A stretch of DNA of 56,674 nt, filler included, from Catajapyx aquilonaris (Eukaryota): the NCBI GenBank assembly GCA_000934665.2. It is 3 parts of 3 records of this genome, joined end to end, with 100 filler letters (N's around TTAATTAATTAA, not from the genome) between each part and the next. Parts side by side here need not be neighbours in the genome. Positions count along the whole stretch, not along the records: positions 1 to 18,875 come from KZ539563.1; positions 18,976 to 37,732 come from JYFJ02006592.1; 1 more part is not named here. One strand, 5' to 3'. Each line of letters begins with the position of its first letter. Within the stretch, counting starts at the first letter, position 1. The notes under the pieces are model-generated. The model did not search any database. It had not been told where the DNA came from and saw nothing but the letters and a program-made list of their open reading frames with translations. Positions 13,082-25,612 of this stretch are shown piece after piece. The translations under genes were made by a program, and so were the position numbers.

Positions 13082-13282
13082 TACAGGGTGTTCCAAATAT
13101 CAGGGTAGTTTTTAGTTATCACTAATATCACCTAAAGTAGTTATTTTTGTGTGGCTTGTTGCACCCCAATCGAAATGGTCTAATATAGCAGTTGCTATAA
13201 TAGAACACCTGGATCGGGGAGCAAAATGCTACAAGCCAAATTTCCCATAACTAAAGTGACCCACATACTTGGAACACCTTGT
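13082..13282. mobile_element. Tc1/mariner-like MITE
   Basis: TACAGGGTGTTCCAA.../...TTGGAACACCTTG imperfect TIRs. Confidence 0.6.
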
Positions 13283-13377
13283 GTTACAAGTTTCTAATAT
13301 ATACTCAATACAGGAAGCAAGAAAAGTGCACTACCCTACATTATGAAACAGTATCATATATATGAAGTAATACTAAC

Positions 13378-13599
13378 TTCCAACAGGTGAGCCCGAGCAT
13401 GGCAGAATGCTGATATGGCTTCTTCCCCAATGAGTTCCGTGTCAAATACTTCAGCCACAAGGATGTTGGCCCTTTTTTCCATATCACCATCCTCTCCGAT
13501 AGTCAACTCTGTAGACACCTTGCCAATCACCCGTATCTTCTTAGCCATGCCATTTTTGCTGATCATGGTCCTTGCACACTCAGCAACAGGTTTCATTTG
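13378..13599 (-). CDS. PRMT7: PRMT7 exon 3 (double-E loop)
   Basis: RANILVAEVFDTELIGE; AG/GT boundaries; 222 nt, phase 0. Confidence 0.95.
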
Positions 13600-14564
13600 C
13601 TGAAAATGTGAAACACAGTTACACGAAGTTTTCTCTGTGTGAACTACAAATTGCTGTGATTGGTACTATCGGTACAACATTACTGCAGACACTCTTTCAT
13701 AAGAAATTAAAATGTACACAATAATATTGTGCCAATAGAGCATGCATTGGCCTTGAAGTCAATCCACGTGCCAGTAAAACATGAGGTTGTTCATTCTGAA
13801 CCCTGGCACCAAACAATATTGTCAAACAGGCACGTTGGTCACCATGCAGAACCAGGCATCATACCAGACATGTGGGCAGGGATTTAGGAGTCATGGGGCA
13901 GGGCAGAAGAGAGAGAAAAAACTGCTAGTGGTGGAAGTTGTTTCACATGACAAGCTGTTGTGCTCAGGTTGGCTGTGTGTAGGGGTGTATTGTATGTCAT
14001 TTACGTATCATTGTAATTGTAAGCGTAATTTTGAGACAGGTGAGGGAGTGAGAGGTGCCACAAGGTAAAACCAGTGGGTCACTCACACAAAGAAACTTAT
14101 CCCTGCAATCAACTTCAAATCTTTACAAAGTTTTTACTTTTGGATTCAGCCCATGCTGCAGCAACTGCCACTGCCTATCCCATCCATGAACTGTCAGCAT
14201 AATATTATTCCGGACAACTTCAAGTGCATTAATCATGGGGATAATACTGTGCTGATAGTACATTGCCACCATTACAACCATAAGTTGATAAGTTGCCTTG
14301 TGAAATTGGCCCTTAGCTGTGTGCAAAGTTACCACACAATTCCATACATGTCAGCTCCACGCCACGTGTCAACCTAAACTTTTATTATCAGCTTCTCAAG
14401 AATCTGTCTCAAGTTAGTTAAATATATAGTAATATTTCTGGGTCAAAGCAGTTCCCACTTACATCATCATATGAAAACAGACCTCTCTGAACAACCCAAC
14501 ATGATAACAGAGGGTGATAATATGCTTAGCATGCATTTGACACAAGGTACCTCAGAATAATCAC

Positions 14565-15172
14565 TAGAGTCCAGATTTTTAGGCAAATGTAGGTTTTATA
14601 GTGCCTAAAATTGACCGAAGCAGCCGTAGGTGAGGGGATATGGTATCCGGCTGCTAATCGGGAGGTCCGGGATCAAATCCCGGGACCGGCAACTCTGACC
14701 GTGGTTTTCTGTGGTTTCCCACGGTCCCTCCAGGAAAATTCCGGAGTTGTTTCCGTATTTAACAGGCCACAGCCGCTTCCTTCCATCCCTATCCCTTCCC
14801 AAAAAGCAAAGCAAAAAGTAAAAAGCAAAGAGTTCCTGAGAAAAAAAATTGGGATGCACTCCCCCCCTAAGGGAGCCAATCGCTCTATCACGGGCTAAAT
14901 TATTTTTTAAAAAAATTCGTGCCTAAAATTGCCTATTTTGCGGGTTTGGGAACTGACTATTCTGGCTTTTTGTGACTTTTCATGCTTATTTGGCCTTTTT
15001 TGGGATAGTGTTCGAACTTTTTGAAGCAATTTCTGGACTTCTTGGGCCTATTACGGACCTATTTCTTCAGAAGGATGGTATTTTTTTGAGGAGTATTTTT
15101 TGTGCTCCTGAAAGGTCCAAAATCATTCGGAAGTAATGCGAATCATGTTCGTGCCTAAAAATCCGGACTCTA
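14565..15172. mobile_element. hAT-type MITE interrupted by a SINE
   Basis: TAGAGTCCAGATTTTTAGGCA/TGCCTAAAAATCCGGACTCTA TIRs; TSD ATAATCAC. A related right end lies at ~8022-8041. Confidence 0.88.
14614..14918 (+). mobile_element. tRNA-derived SINE, family B
   Basis: tRNA-like head, then GTGGTTTTC...GGCCACAGCCGCTTCCTTCC body; 13-bp TSD GTGCCTAAAATTG. Confidence 0.85.
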
Positions 15173-15511
15173 ATAATCACACACATGGCATAACGACTTT
15201 GAGACTTGGTTAGCCTCATAGTACTCTCAGTTATCATTGTGGGTTGTCTAAAGTGGGTTGCATTCAGGTAAGGTGGTCGGTGCAACAGGCCTTTACACAA
15301 AAATCCAACTACAGTAAAACCTCAATATAACACTCCTGCATATAATGCTTTCCTGCTTTTAATCCCTTTTATTGGCAATTGTATCTCATTTTAAACGGGC
15401 TTGCCAGAGAGAAAGTGCACGAAAATGGATGGTGTACATTCTGGGATACAACCTCTAGTACCTTTTAAGCATGATCTTAGAATACTCAGGTCTGGTCACT
15501 CCCACCTACCC

Positions 15512-15798
15512 CCTGCCGGGGTGTTTTGCAGGAGGAGCTCACCTGAGAGCGCCATGAGACCTTTCAGAGCACTGGTATGTGGCGACCCTACCGGACTACG
15601 CTGAACTTTATAGGTACAAAAGGGAAGCGCTACATTAGGGGACCCAACATGGTCGCCGGCGGCCATGTTGGGCCCGCATGTAGCGCTTCCCTTTTGTACC
15701 TATAAAGTTCAGCGTAGTCCAGTAGGGTCGCCACATAATCCAGCTCTGAGAGGTCTCATGGCGCTCTCAGGTGAACTCCTGCAAAACGCCCCGGCAGG
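15512..15798. mobile_element. Long palindromic (foldback) MITE
   Basis: ~140-bp arms CCTGCCGGGG...CCCAACATGG / CCATGTTGGG...CCCCGGCAGG. Confidence 0.82.
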
Positions 15799-16914
15799 CG
15801 ATAAGATCAAAAGGTAGTACGAGTGTCCGGGGGCTGCTTATAAGTGTACTTCACCACCTGTTGGGAAAAGCCTGCACTGTGGGGGGAAAAAAGAATCCAA
15901 CATGGCGGGTGCTACAAAAAATGTTGGCACGCCGCTGCTAAGAAAAATTATTATTTTTATCGCCATAACATGGTTAGGTGGTAGACAGCGTTACCTAAGC
16001 GATATGCCTTCCGCGCCACCAAATAAATTCCATCATGTTTTCTGTGGCTGCTCTAAACCTGACATTCTTAATTTGTATAATTTTTTCAAAGATGCTTGTA
16101 AATTACTGAAATTTTGTGACATTGTTTTGTAGAGTGTTCGGTTTCGACATCATCTGTTACTTGTACTAAATACATGAGTCCCCCCCCCTACTATGGAACG
16201 CTAGTTCCCTTTGAGGGGAGCAATAAATTTGATTTGATTTGATTTGATAATATGGTTAGGAGAGACGAAATTTGATACAAATGTCCTTCGGACCATCCTC
16301 TTCCAGATATGGCACCACCCCCGCTTTCGCCCCGGAGGCCGATTGGCTACCTTGAATCGAGTGAAAAGTATTTTTCTGAGTGAACTATGCTTCTCAAGAG
16401 GATATGTGCCAAACAAAGGTTGTAGAGAAACATCAAACATATATTCTACAAAAATGTACAAGTGCTTTTTGCACATACAGTCCGTATTTTCAGAGCTACA
16501 GCGACTTGAAAAAGACTTTTCAGTTTTCACTCGCTGAAGGGTAGGCAACCCGCAATTACAGGCCTCCAGGGCGAAATCGGGCGTGGCGCCAAATCTGAAT
16601 TTGAATAGTATGGTCCCATTCCTACAAAATTTCATGCTTTTATGACCAAGTGCACTGTTGACCCTTGACCCTTGACCTGGAAGGCAACAATAAAAACGAA
16701 ATTCATTGATTGCAGCATATCATACCAATTATTTTAGTTGAAAAATCCAACTGCCATAATATATTTTACTAATGTCCTTTCCAAGTTTGCCCAAAGGGTT
16801 AACACCCCCCCCCTCTTTCGGGGTCCCTTGATCATTTCCATGAGGTAAATTTTACTGCATATAATGCTATCCCGCTTATAACTCTACTTTTGGGCGGTCC
16901 CTTGAAGAGCGTTA

Positions 16915-17126
16915 TACAGGGTGGTCCAACATCAAGTGTCGTTTTATAACGGCGATTAATAGCAGTGATTTTGCGATGACGTAGCAGCGACGCGTAAAAT
17001 GTCCCACTTCGGCGCATCTTCGGCACCATCGAAGTGGGCAATTTTACGCGTCGCTGCTACGTCAATAGTAAAGCGCTTCTATTAATAGCCGTTATAAAAC
17101 GACACTTGATGTTGGACCACCCTGTA
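16915..17126. mobile_element. Tc1/mariner-type MITE
   Basis: TA-CAGGGTGGTCCAACATCAAGTGTCG.../...TGATGTTGGACCACCCTG-TA. Confidence 0.9.
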
Positions 17127-17247
17127 TAGAGGTTTTACTGCATAACAGGTCCTGCTCCATATTTGTTTTATTTAAAAATTTAAGTTGACGGATATCCTGG
17201 CAAACCAGAATCAATCACATAAAATGATCTCTAATAACCAGAAATAC

Positions 17248-17397
17248 CTCACAAGCAGTGACAGTGTCCGCACCTAACTGGACAGCCATCATGGAGAGCA
17301 ATCCAGTGCCAGTTCCAATATCTAAGACGTTAGCTTCCTTGTTCTTGGCATGCATGGCATTGATGGCCAGTCTGAGTCCAGCAAAATACTTTTCATT
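17248..17397 (-). CDS. PRMT7: PRMT7 exon 2 (SAM-binding motif I)
   Basis: NEKY...VLDIGTGTGLLSMMA...TACE; TTTTGCAG acceptor, GTATTT donor; 150 nt. Confidence 0.95.
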
Positions 17398-17683
17398 CTG
17401 CAAAATAAATGGAAAATATTAGCTTAAATTAGAGCCATCCAACATACATTAATATTTGACTTTATCCCAGTTCTTCCCTTGTGAAATTGGCAGTTAAGAT
17501 GGGCTCAAGTAAAATACTGCATTGGAAATTATTTCACCCAATATTTTGCTAATGTCAACACCACCAATGTGCAGTAAGGTCTACATTTGCTAGTCCAGTT
17601 TCACTTGACGAATGCAGTATGCTGTAGTCATCTACCGTCATCTACATAATGCAGGCAAGCAACTCTCAACCTTGTTGCACATT

Positions 17684-18024
17684 GAGGATGTTCCTAAATG
17701 CACCGGTAGCCAACCGATGCGACCAGAATTGTTCCTAAATTCTCCGGTCTACCGACTGGTAGCAGAGGCAACGTGTAGCAGAGGCAACGTGCATGACGAC
17801 ACCGGTAGGGTAGCGGTCGCATCAGGTTAGAGGATATGGTTCGTCCGGTCGATCAACATGGCGAGTCCCACCACTGGTTATGAGTATGTGAAAGTCGCCA
17901 TTTGTTACCGGTGTGTACCAAAAAACATTCCTTCAATCCGAGCCCTGACATATTCAGTAGACGTACCGCAGGGGAACTGGCCGGGCGCAGCGGTCGGTGC
18001 ACCGGTGCATTTAGGAACATCCTC
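17684..18024. mobile_element. MITE
   Basis: 24-bp TIR GAGGATGTTCCTAAATGCACCGGT; ATT on both flanks. Confidence 0.82.
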
Positions 18025-18256
18025 ATTGCATGTATGTCTTTTTAAATACATGACCACAGTATATGTATACTCGTATTTCCCTCACATTTTTTTTTGCGTC
18101 ATTGGTAAGAGCACCTTTCATTCTACAAATCCTGCTAATTCAATAATAACTCCAAGATGTGAAATTCTGCATCATATCCACCTCAAGCCTGGTACTCTCG
18201 TTTGTGTTAAAACCTGCATGCCTATGTGATGCAACAACTGCAAGTACTGTACATAC

Positions 18257-18481
18257 CCTCTCCGAATCATGGAGCATATCCCCAAAACCCGCTCGAGCCC
18301 ATGTCTGCTGCTGGTCGAATTCAGATTCTTCTTCTTCTTGGTTATCCTGGGTGTATTCCTCCAACTCTGGAGACGTGCTTCTTGGCGGCGGATGCGGCGA
18401 CTCCCACGGCCAATCACGAGTGTTCCACCATGGCCCAACTGAGGTGACACTCACCTCCGACCCACCTATGTCATTGTCCAT
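18257..18481 (-). CDS. PRMT7: PRMT7 coding exon 1 (MDNDIG...ARAGFGDMLHDSER)
   Basis: First in-frame ATG, in ACAATGG context. Ends with a PRMT7-type AR..DMLHD.ER motif at a GTATGT donor; 225 nt, phase 0. Confidence 0.85.
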
Positions 18482-18720
18482 TGTCTCTGACAGACACACG
18501 AGACACAGTTGGGGAGCACTCGGAGCAGCAATGAATCTCACGTGGCTGTCTGGCCTGTGCGAGTTCTCTTTGTAAGCGGGCTCGTTCGTATATAATATGA
18601 CTAACCTGCATCCACCAGAATAATGTTTACAGCTGACGTAAATAATTTACAGGAGTAAATTTTTTAATGTGTATTATATTATTGGCATTTTGATAAGAAA
18701 ATACCGGACAGCAGAACCGA

Positions 18721-18728
18721 TGACGTCA
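18721..18728. promoter_or_regulatory. CRE/ATF palindrome upstream of PRMT7
   Basis: TGACGTCA ~240 nt upstream of the ATG, TGACGTAA at ~18634; motif match only. Confidence 0.25.
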
Positions 18729-18875
18729 CATATTCAAAGCTTAGTTCGTGAACAGGTATGCCGATGACTGAATGCAGCTAGCGATGGGCCTGACTGCTCT
18801 TTTTCAGAAGCAGCTATCACTGCTATTGCTATTTAGTATTAGCAGCTATTTTAAACAGCTAATGCTATTTTAAAG

Positions 18876-18975
18876 NNNNNNNNNNNNNNNNNNNNNNNNN
18901 NNNNNNNNNNNNNNNNNNNTTAATTAATTAANNNNNNNNNNNNNNNNNNNNNNNNNNNNNNNNNNNNNNNNNNNN
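18876..18975. other. Artificial scaffold linker
   Basis: 44 N + TTAATTAATTAA (stops in all six frames) + 44 N. Confidence 0.97.
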
Positions 18976-19910
18976 CCGCTTCTGTCCGCAAAGGGGAGGG
19001 GGGGAGGTAAAAAAGTGAAAAAATCTGTCCGCGCGGATTATGGACGGCCCCTTAGAATCAATTTACCCAAGAATATTTACCCTACAATGTAAGGTAAAAA
19101 ACGGCCACTTTCTTACCCTCTCTAGAGAAGGTAAATGGTTAAGAGTGTAGTCTCCCTCTTCGGCCCTGCCAGGCACAGTATGTCGCATCCCTGCTCCTGC
19201 ACACTACTGCCACCTAGTGACGCATTCACCCTTAATATCTGACCTCCTCATCCCTCATTCCCCAGCCAGACTTGCAAATGGTCCGCAACAATTGATCTGA
19301 TGAGAAGGATGAGCAGCCAAGTGCAATAATGTTAGTGCGGCTGTTAAGAAGCATGGGAAAGTGCCAGTTGCGTGTTCCTAATAGCAATTCCCCTCCTCTC
19401 CCCATCCCCCCTCCCCTTCCCCCCTCCCCTTTGAAGCAGTGATTTGGTACTTTGGAGGTAGGCCGGCCATGAATCTCAATGAATGACTCCTAGTTGTACC
19501 CTAGGCATGATTCACATTCAAAAAGTTAGCAACACTATTTAAAATTTGGAGTTAGGAGCATCTGTTACTAACCGGTTGTAATACAGGTTCCAGATGTGTT
19601 TATGCAAAAGAGGCTGGCCAGCTATAATGAAAGTTTGCTTCTGTTTTATCTTAGGGGGCCGTTGAATTTATAACTGGTCCCAGGCCGCCGTTTTAAACCC
19701 TGGAAGTTGTAATGCCTAAGCTGGGAGCGAAAGTGGGGGAATTTTGGACGGTCATTGTCGCAAATGGGCGGGGCATGGTAAGGATCGTACAGGTTGCGAG
19801 ACTTCAAGGTCACAAAGTAGAAGCGGGAATAGGGGAAATTTATCGGTTATTTACTCCAGCCGTGAGACTACAGTGTGAACAATGTGGGTGGGGGGTGGGG
19901 GGAGGGGATA

Positions 19911-20062
19911 GTTGTCTAGTGGCTTAGTGGCTATGCTACTGGTCAGCCAAGCGGGGAGTCCCCGTCACCTTCGCTTGGTCGGGTATTTTCCCGTTTTTCA
20001 CCCGACATGTCCGGGCAGACTTGCAGCCCCTTCTCTGCCCGGGACCAAGAAAAAGGTCTGGT
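19911..20062 (+). mobile_element. tRNA-derived SINE, family A (second copy)
   Basis: Shares TTAGTG.CTATGCTACTGG...CCAAGCGGG and TTTTCACC.GA..TGTCC.G..GACTTGCA..CCTTCTCTGCC with 5695-5862. Confidence 0.65.
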
Positions 20063-20294
20063 ATTTCGCTTTCACTCCCTTTTCTGCCCAGTGTCAAGAG
20101 AAAATGTCTGGTATTTAAGAAAATTACTCGAATCTAATTAAGAACGCTCTCCTTTGGGAACCGCCCCCCCCCCAGGTCCAAGGGCCTGTCACGGGTTTTA
20201 CAAAAAATATGGCCTTAATTGTTGCATATGAAACAAATTACATTTTTGATTTTAATTAATATTGTAATTGTTACAAAAGTAATTTTAGACATTT

Positions 20295-20484
20295 TCTATA
20301 CAAGACTTGTAGAACGGTTGTGTCCGTCTGTCCGTCCGTGGACAGGTATCAGGGCCCAAACCGCAAGAGATAACAGCAAACGGTTTTCGGATTCGGATTT
20401 GGCGGACCCTAATTTCATGGCCGACTTCCGGTGACAGGCCACGTCCGGTTTTCCGGGTTCACTCTATCCGCCAAGGTCAACTAG
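20295..20484 (+). mobile_element. Short Helitron-like element
   Basis: TCTATA start, GTCCGTCTGTCCGTCC microsatellite, CTAG^T end. Confidence 0.55.
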
Positions 20485-21053
20485 TTTTATTTAGTAGTTT
20501 CCAACGGCAAATGAGACTGACAACAATCAATGTCACTGGTGTCATATTCAAAGTGTCAGCCTCTGCCCAATAAGAAAAAGTCTACACGAATCATCCATGA
20601 TTTGCTAATCTTACTTATATCTGGTAACAACGCTACACTAACAAGGGGGTGTGGCCAGCAAGCGACTTGATTACTGACCCTGCAAATTTGCGCGACACTT
20701 ACCAAGCCACACCCACTTGCTAGCTCTACCGTATTGACAGTCCTCGCACATTCGGCGCAATTAAACTGACCTGACCCTTTGAAGAAAAATGGGTTAGGGA
20801 AGAGGCATTTTCAGGGTTGGATTACAAAGATGTATGGTGTGCCCCCGGTGGGGAGAGGCGGAGTGGGAAGGAGGTGAAAAATGGGGTTTCAACCGAACCT
20901 ATTCATTCCTAGAGAGGTAGACGGAAAACATTTTACGGCGAACACAACCAAATGTCATGTTCTATTCCGGTTACTTTAAACTACTTCAGTGAAATAGACA
21001 GCAAGTTCTATGATAGAATCTTGAACTATTCTGCTGCGTACGAGACGGACAGA

Positions 21054-21302
21054 TCTATATAAATAAAGCAGTTTGTGAGTCTGTCTGTCTGTCCGCCCGC
21101 CAACCGGTGTTGGGGGTTGATTACAGATGGCAGGCAAATGACGGTTGCCGTTATACAGGCGGGAGAGGTTGAAGGTGGAGTAGCAGGACCACAGATGGCA
21201 TTGGTGGGCGGACACACAGAAAGACAGACAGTTGACGGGACTACTGGCATGTGTTTTCACTTCATTCATTTCTTCCTGGGCAACGCCGGGTGCCGCAGCT
21301 AG
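21054..21302 (+). mobile_element. Short non-autonomous Helitron
   Basis: A^TCTATATAAATAAA, (GTCT)n, hairpin-like CTGGGCAACGCCGGG, then CTAG^T. Confidence 0.75.
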
Positions 21303-21375
21303 TTGTTACAATAAGAGCCCATCGCCCTCAATCATGCTAATTGACGGTGCCTGGCAGGGCCACAAGACAGTTGTA

Positions 21376-21739
21376 CTAGAGAGCCTTGAAGAAGAGAGTC
21401 GACAACGTGTTATGTAAGGTAATTTCTGATAGGCTGGAGTCATTTTGGAGTGTTTACGTGTCGTATGGGAGCCGCCATGCTGACCGTGGAAACGGTGGCT
21501 GGCTCTGACGTCACGATTGTAGTTCAGGCCTTCTGGATGCATCCAAATTGTGCTAGGGCATTCGAACTACAATCGTGACGTCAGAGCCAGCCACCGTTTC
21601 CACGAGTTTAGAATACCCTTTCCACTGAAATTCAAGATGGCGGCCCCCATACGACACGTAAACTTTCCAAAATGACTCCAGCCAATCAGAGACGACCTTA
21701 CATAATAAGGTGGCGACTCTCTTCTTTAAGGCTCTCTAG
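21376..21739. mobile_element. Palindromic MITE
   Basis: CTAGAGAGCCTT/AAGGCTCTCTAG ends; internal arms with GGCTCTGACGTCACGATTGTAGTTC inverted. Confidence 0.8.
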
Positions 21740-22129
21740 ACAGTACTGGTGCGGTCATCAAAATCCATACAGACACTTACTTCAGACATTGTCTGGATGA
21801 TCCTGAGGGATAATTTTAGTTCTTAATATTTCCCGTCACGACGTCCATCTCTAGGGACCCGTCAACATCAACCACAATTACCAACTGTTGTGAGTTGCAC
21901 TGCTAATCTGGTGGGGGCCCCTGTTGCCAAGTGACGGAATTAGATTTGGAGAGGGGAAGACCTGACATAAATGAAAGCGGGAAAAAGGTTATATAGCTGT
22001 ACTTCACGCTGAATACTGATTGGTTAAGAGACAGGTTGGACAGTGGCCTGATTTCCTGGAGGGACTAACTGTGTAGTACCATATCATTCACCTAGATGGC
22101 GCATTTTTGGCCAGGAGTGGGAGAGAGGC

Positions 22130-22735
22130 ATGAGGAAGAAAGTCGCAAAATTTTGACGTCACGATCAACTCCGATTGGCTGTAGTTACAGGCCTACTGGC
22201 TCCAGCCAATCAGAGACAACAGTGACGTCGTAGCCGGCCACTTTATCCACCGAAACGCAAGATGGCAGCCTCCATAGGACACGTAAACAGTCCATAATTT
22301 CTCCAGCCAATCATAGACAACCATGACGTCAGAGCGGGCCACTTTTCCCCGAGAAAAGCAAGATTGCAGCCTCCATGAGACACGTAAATAGCCTATAATT
22401 ACTCCAGCTAATCAGAGACGACCGTGACGTCAGAGCAGGCCACTATTTCGATAGAAACGCAAGATGGCTGCCTCCATATTACACGGAAACTGTTCATGAT
22501 TAATCTAGCGGCTAGAGTAATTATGGACAGTTTCCGTGTAATATGAAGGCAGCCATCGTCGTCTCTGATTGGCTGGAGTAATTATAGGCTATTTCCGTGT
22601 CTCATGGATACTGCCATCTTGCTTTTCTCGGGGAAAAGTGGCTCGCTCTGACATCATGGTTGTCTGTGATTGGCTGGAGTCTAGCCTATCAGAGACGACA
22701 GTGACGTCAGAAGTTGGCGACTTTTCCTCGAAGCT
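22130..22735. repeat. Foldback element built of ~100-bp subunits, related to 21376-21739
   Basis: Three tandem CCAGCCAATCAGAGAC..TGACGTCA..AAGATGGC units followed by inverted units. Confidence 0.7.
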
Positions 22736-23342
22736 CTGTAGGGGTGGCGCTACTGTAGTTTCCACACTGAAATCGACGGTCCTCGCGAACGATTACTGAA
22801 TCTGCCTATGATATATCGATTTGGTTCGCATCGATGGATCGCTGCAAGTGTTTGTAGCGGCAGGCTCCACCAGCGCCGAAGCGGCAGCCGCATGGGGAAA
22901 AGACGAGCTAAGCTCACGGGAGTTTCCATAAAGCCTGTGTAGGAGTGGTTGATGGCTGATATGGACAAACATAGGCACATGCTACATACCGGCGGTATAT
23001 CACGATTGTTCCAAGAACCTGTTTACGGCTAGCACTAAAACCATGATTTTCCTAGTCAATAAAAGACGGGGTGTCATTGGCCCAAACAAAAGCTTGAAGA
23101 AACACACACACACATACACATGTCGCATGATCTGCGTGAGCCAATCCATTCCGGGATTGATGGGAAGGTTTGCGAAGAAAATTACGGGAAGTGGTCACAA
23201 CACGCTAACATCAAGTGTCCGTGTTAAGAGAGATGTCGTGTCCCACGCATTCCTTTTAATGCCCTATGGAGGCCTCTATAGCAACACTGACTCCGATTGT
23301 TGCGAATGGACATTTTATGGGACATTTTTATGTACTTTGTAG

Positions 23343-23553
23343 GTGTCATGGATCCGTCAGCGTGATCTGCACATCTTGACCTCCGGATTGCACGTCTACA
23401 CTAGCGACGCACGGTTCGAGGTCATCCACCCTCCGAGGTCATCGGCCTGGACCCTTCGGCTGACCTCGGTTCAAAAACGGGACCAGGGCGTGTACGAGTG
23501 TCAGGTCAACACTGACCCCAAAATGATGCTGGCCATTCACCTCCGGGTTACAG
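23343..23553 (+). CDS. Dpr-family Ig protein, Ig1 second-half exon
   Basis: VSWIRQRDLHILT.G...YTSDARF...W.L....Q.RD.G.YECQV.T.PK is the Dpr signature; AG acceptor, GTAAG donor, ends phase 1. Confidence 0.92.
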
Positions 23554-23569
23554 GTAAGGTTTCAGATAT

Positions 23570-24770
23570 CCCATAAGAGCTCCCGTAATATGGTGACATA
23601 AAATATTCCTAACATTTCCAGTAAGATATCCCGTAAAATTTCGCATAGGATACCCTAAGATGTCCCAAGTAATATGTTATTTCTCATAACGCATTCCGCC
23701 GAATGTCCCCTAAGATATCTCTTAGGATACCCCTAGCATTTTCCATAAGATATCCCTGCCATATCCCGTAAAACGTAAGAGCTCCCATAAGATGGTCCCT
23801 AAGATGGTGCCATAAAATGTTACTAACATTTCCGGTAAGATTTCACTAAATTTTTCAATACGGTATTCTTAACATTATTTTCCCGTAAGATGTCCAATAA
23901 GGTGTTCCCGCAAGATGCCCCTAGGATACTCTTAACATTTAATATAAGCTGTCCCACAAGATATGGACCTGACATATCCCATAAGCTGCCCCGTAAAATG
24001 TCCCGTCACATATTCTGTGGTATTTCCCATCAGATATCTATAATCTATAGATCAATGGATAAGATGTCCCCGTAAGATGGTGCCATAAAATGTTCCTAAC
24101 ATTTTCCGGTGAGATTACCCGTAAAATTTCCCATAATCTATCCCGTAACATTTCCCATAGGATATACAGCTAAGGTGCCCCAATGAATATCTCTAACATT
24201 TCTCATGCTCCTTAGAATACCCCGTATGATATCACATAGGACATCCCTAACATTTCCCATAAGATGTCCAATAAGACATGTTACATATCTCGTCATATTC
24301 CCCATAAGATGATCCCTAGGACATCATATAAGGTATCTAGAAATATACCCCATAAACTGATTCATAGGACATTCCATAAGATATCACGTACCCTATAAGA
24401 TGTTCCATAGTATGTCCCGTAGAATATCCCGTAAGATATCTCATAGAGGCAACTTTTGAACAGGCGTATGCCGTAGAATGTCCTCTAATATATCCCGTAG
24501 GCTATCCCGTAAGATATTCCATGGAGGCAACTTTGGGTGTCCCATAGAATGTTCCATAATATATCTGTAAGCTATCCCGTATGATACTCCATAGAGGCAA
24601 TTTTTGAACAGGGGTTTGCCATAGAATGTCCCATAATATATCCCGTAAGATTCCCCATAAGATATTCCATGGAGGAAACTTTTGAACAGGGGTGTCCCAT
24701 AATATATTCTGTAAGATATCCCGTAAGATATTACATATGAGCTATTTTTGAACAGGGTGTCCCATAAAGG
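23570..24770. repeat. Degenerate ~12-bp minisatellite (AAGATATCCCGT-like)
   Basis: Dozens of variant units; right end organised into a larger TTTTGAACAGG-containing repeat. Confidence 0.8.
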
Positions 24771-25399
24771 CAGAAACATATCTCTTCAAATAGACGCTCT
24801 ATTAGACGTCACTTGATGCCTGCACACGCTCCCTCATTTGCTGACGCATCTCTATAGTGTTTGCTGGGGATTGGTGGAGAGCGGAGGGAATGTATGGAGT
24901 GCGGATTGTAGCCCCGATGCATAATGCAAGGAACGGTCCGCTATAGGGATCCCACCCATTGTGATCTAGGGACGGATGGAGCTGGGGGGGGGGGGGGGGG
25001 GGNAATTTGTGTCCTGCAAAGCGCGCGGGACGGTTTAGCATTGCTGATCAGATGATGTTTCTAAAACTTGCAGAGAGAGGGAGTATTTTATAGAGAGAGG
25101 AACGGGTTTCGTTCCTTCTTTTTTATGGAGGAAGAAACCGTTTCTACGCAGATGAAACGGGGATTTGTAGAGTCCTGACAGTGTTTTATAGTCACAGGCG
25201 GGACCGTAGATCATGGTTATCCTAGATATAACTATTAACTGTCGTTCCTAGTGTTAGTTGTTCCCATATCTGAACCTAAATAACCCGCTAGTGTCATCCG
25301 TATGGCTTTTGGGTGACCGCACCAGTACTATCCTTGTGTGGCCCTGCCAGGCACTGTGCGCGGCAGGCCAACCAAGGGGTTATTCACTTACATTTTTTG

Positions 25400-25612
25400 C
25401 GTACCCGGACTATTCCCCGGACTATACCCTCACACTACTCCCAGAGTACCCCCAGACTACCCCTGGACCACCCTCGGACCACCCTCGAACTACCACCGGA
25501 CTACCCCCGGACCACCCCCGGACTACCCCCGGACTACCCCCGGACTACCCCCGGACTACCCCCGACTACCCCCGACTACCCCCGACTACCCCCAAGATGT
25601 ACACGGACTACC
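25400..25612. repeat. 10-11-bp tandem repeat (CCGGACTACCC)
   Basis: Directly visible array. Confidence 0.9.

Noticed and set aside
24441..24779. Repetitive YGI/SYG ORF
   Set aside because: Translation of the minisatellite.
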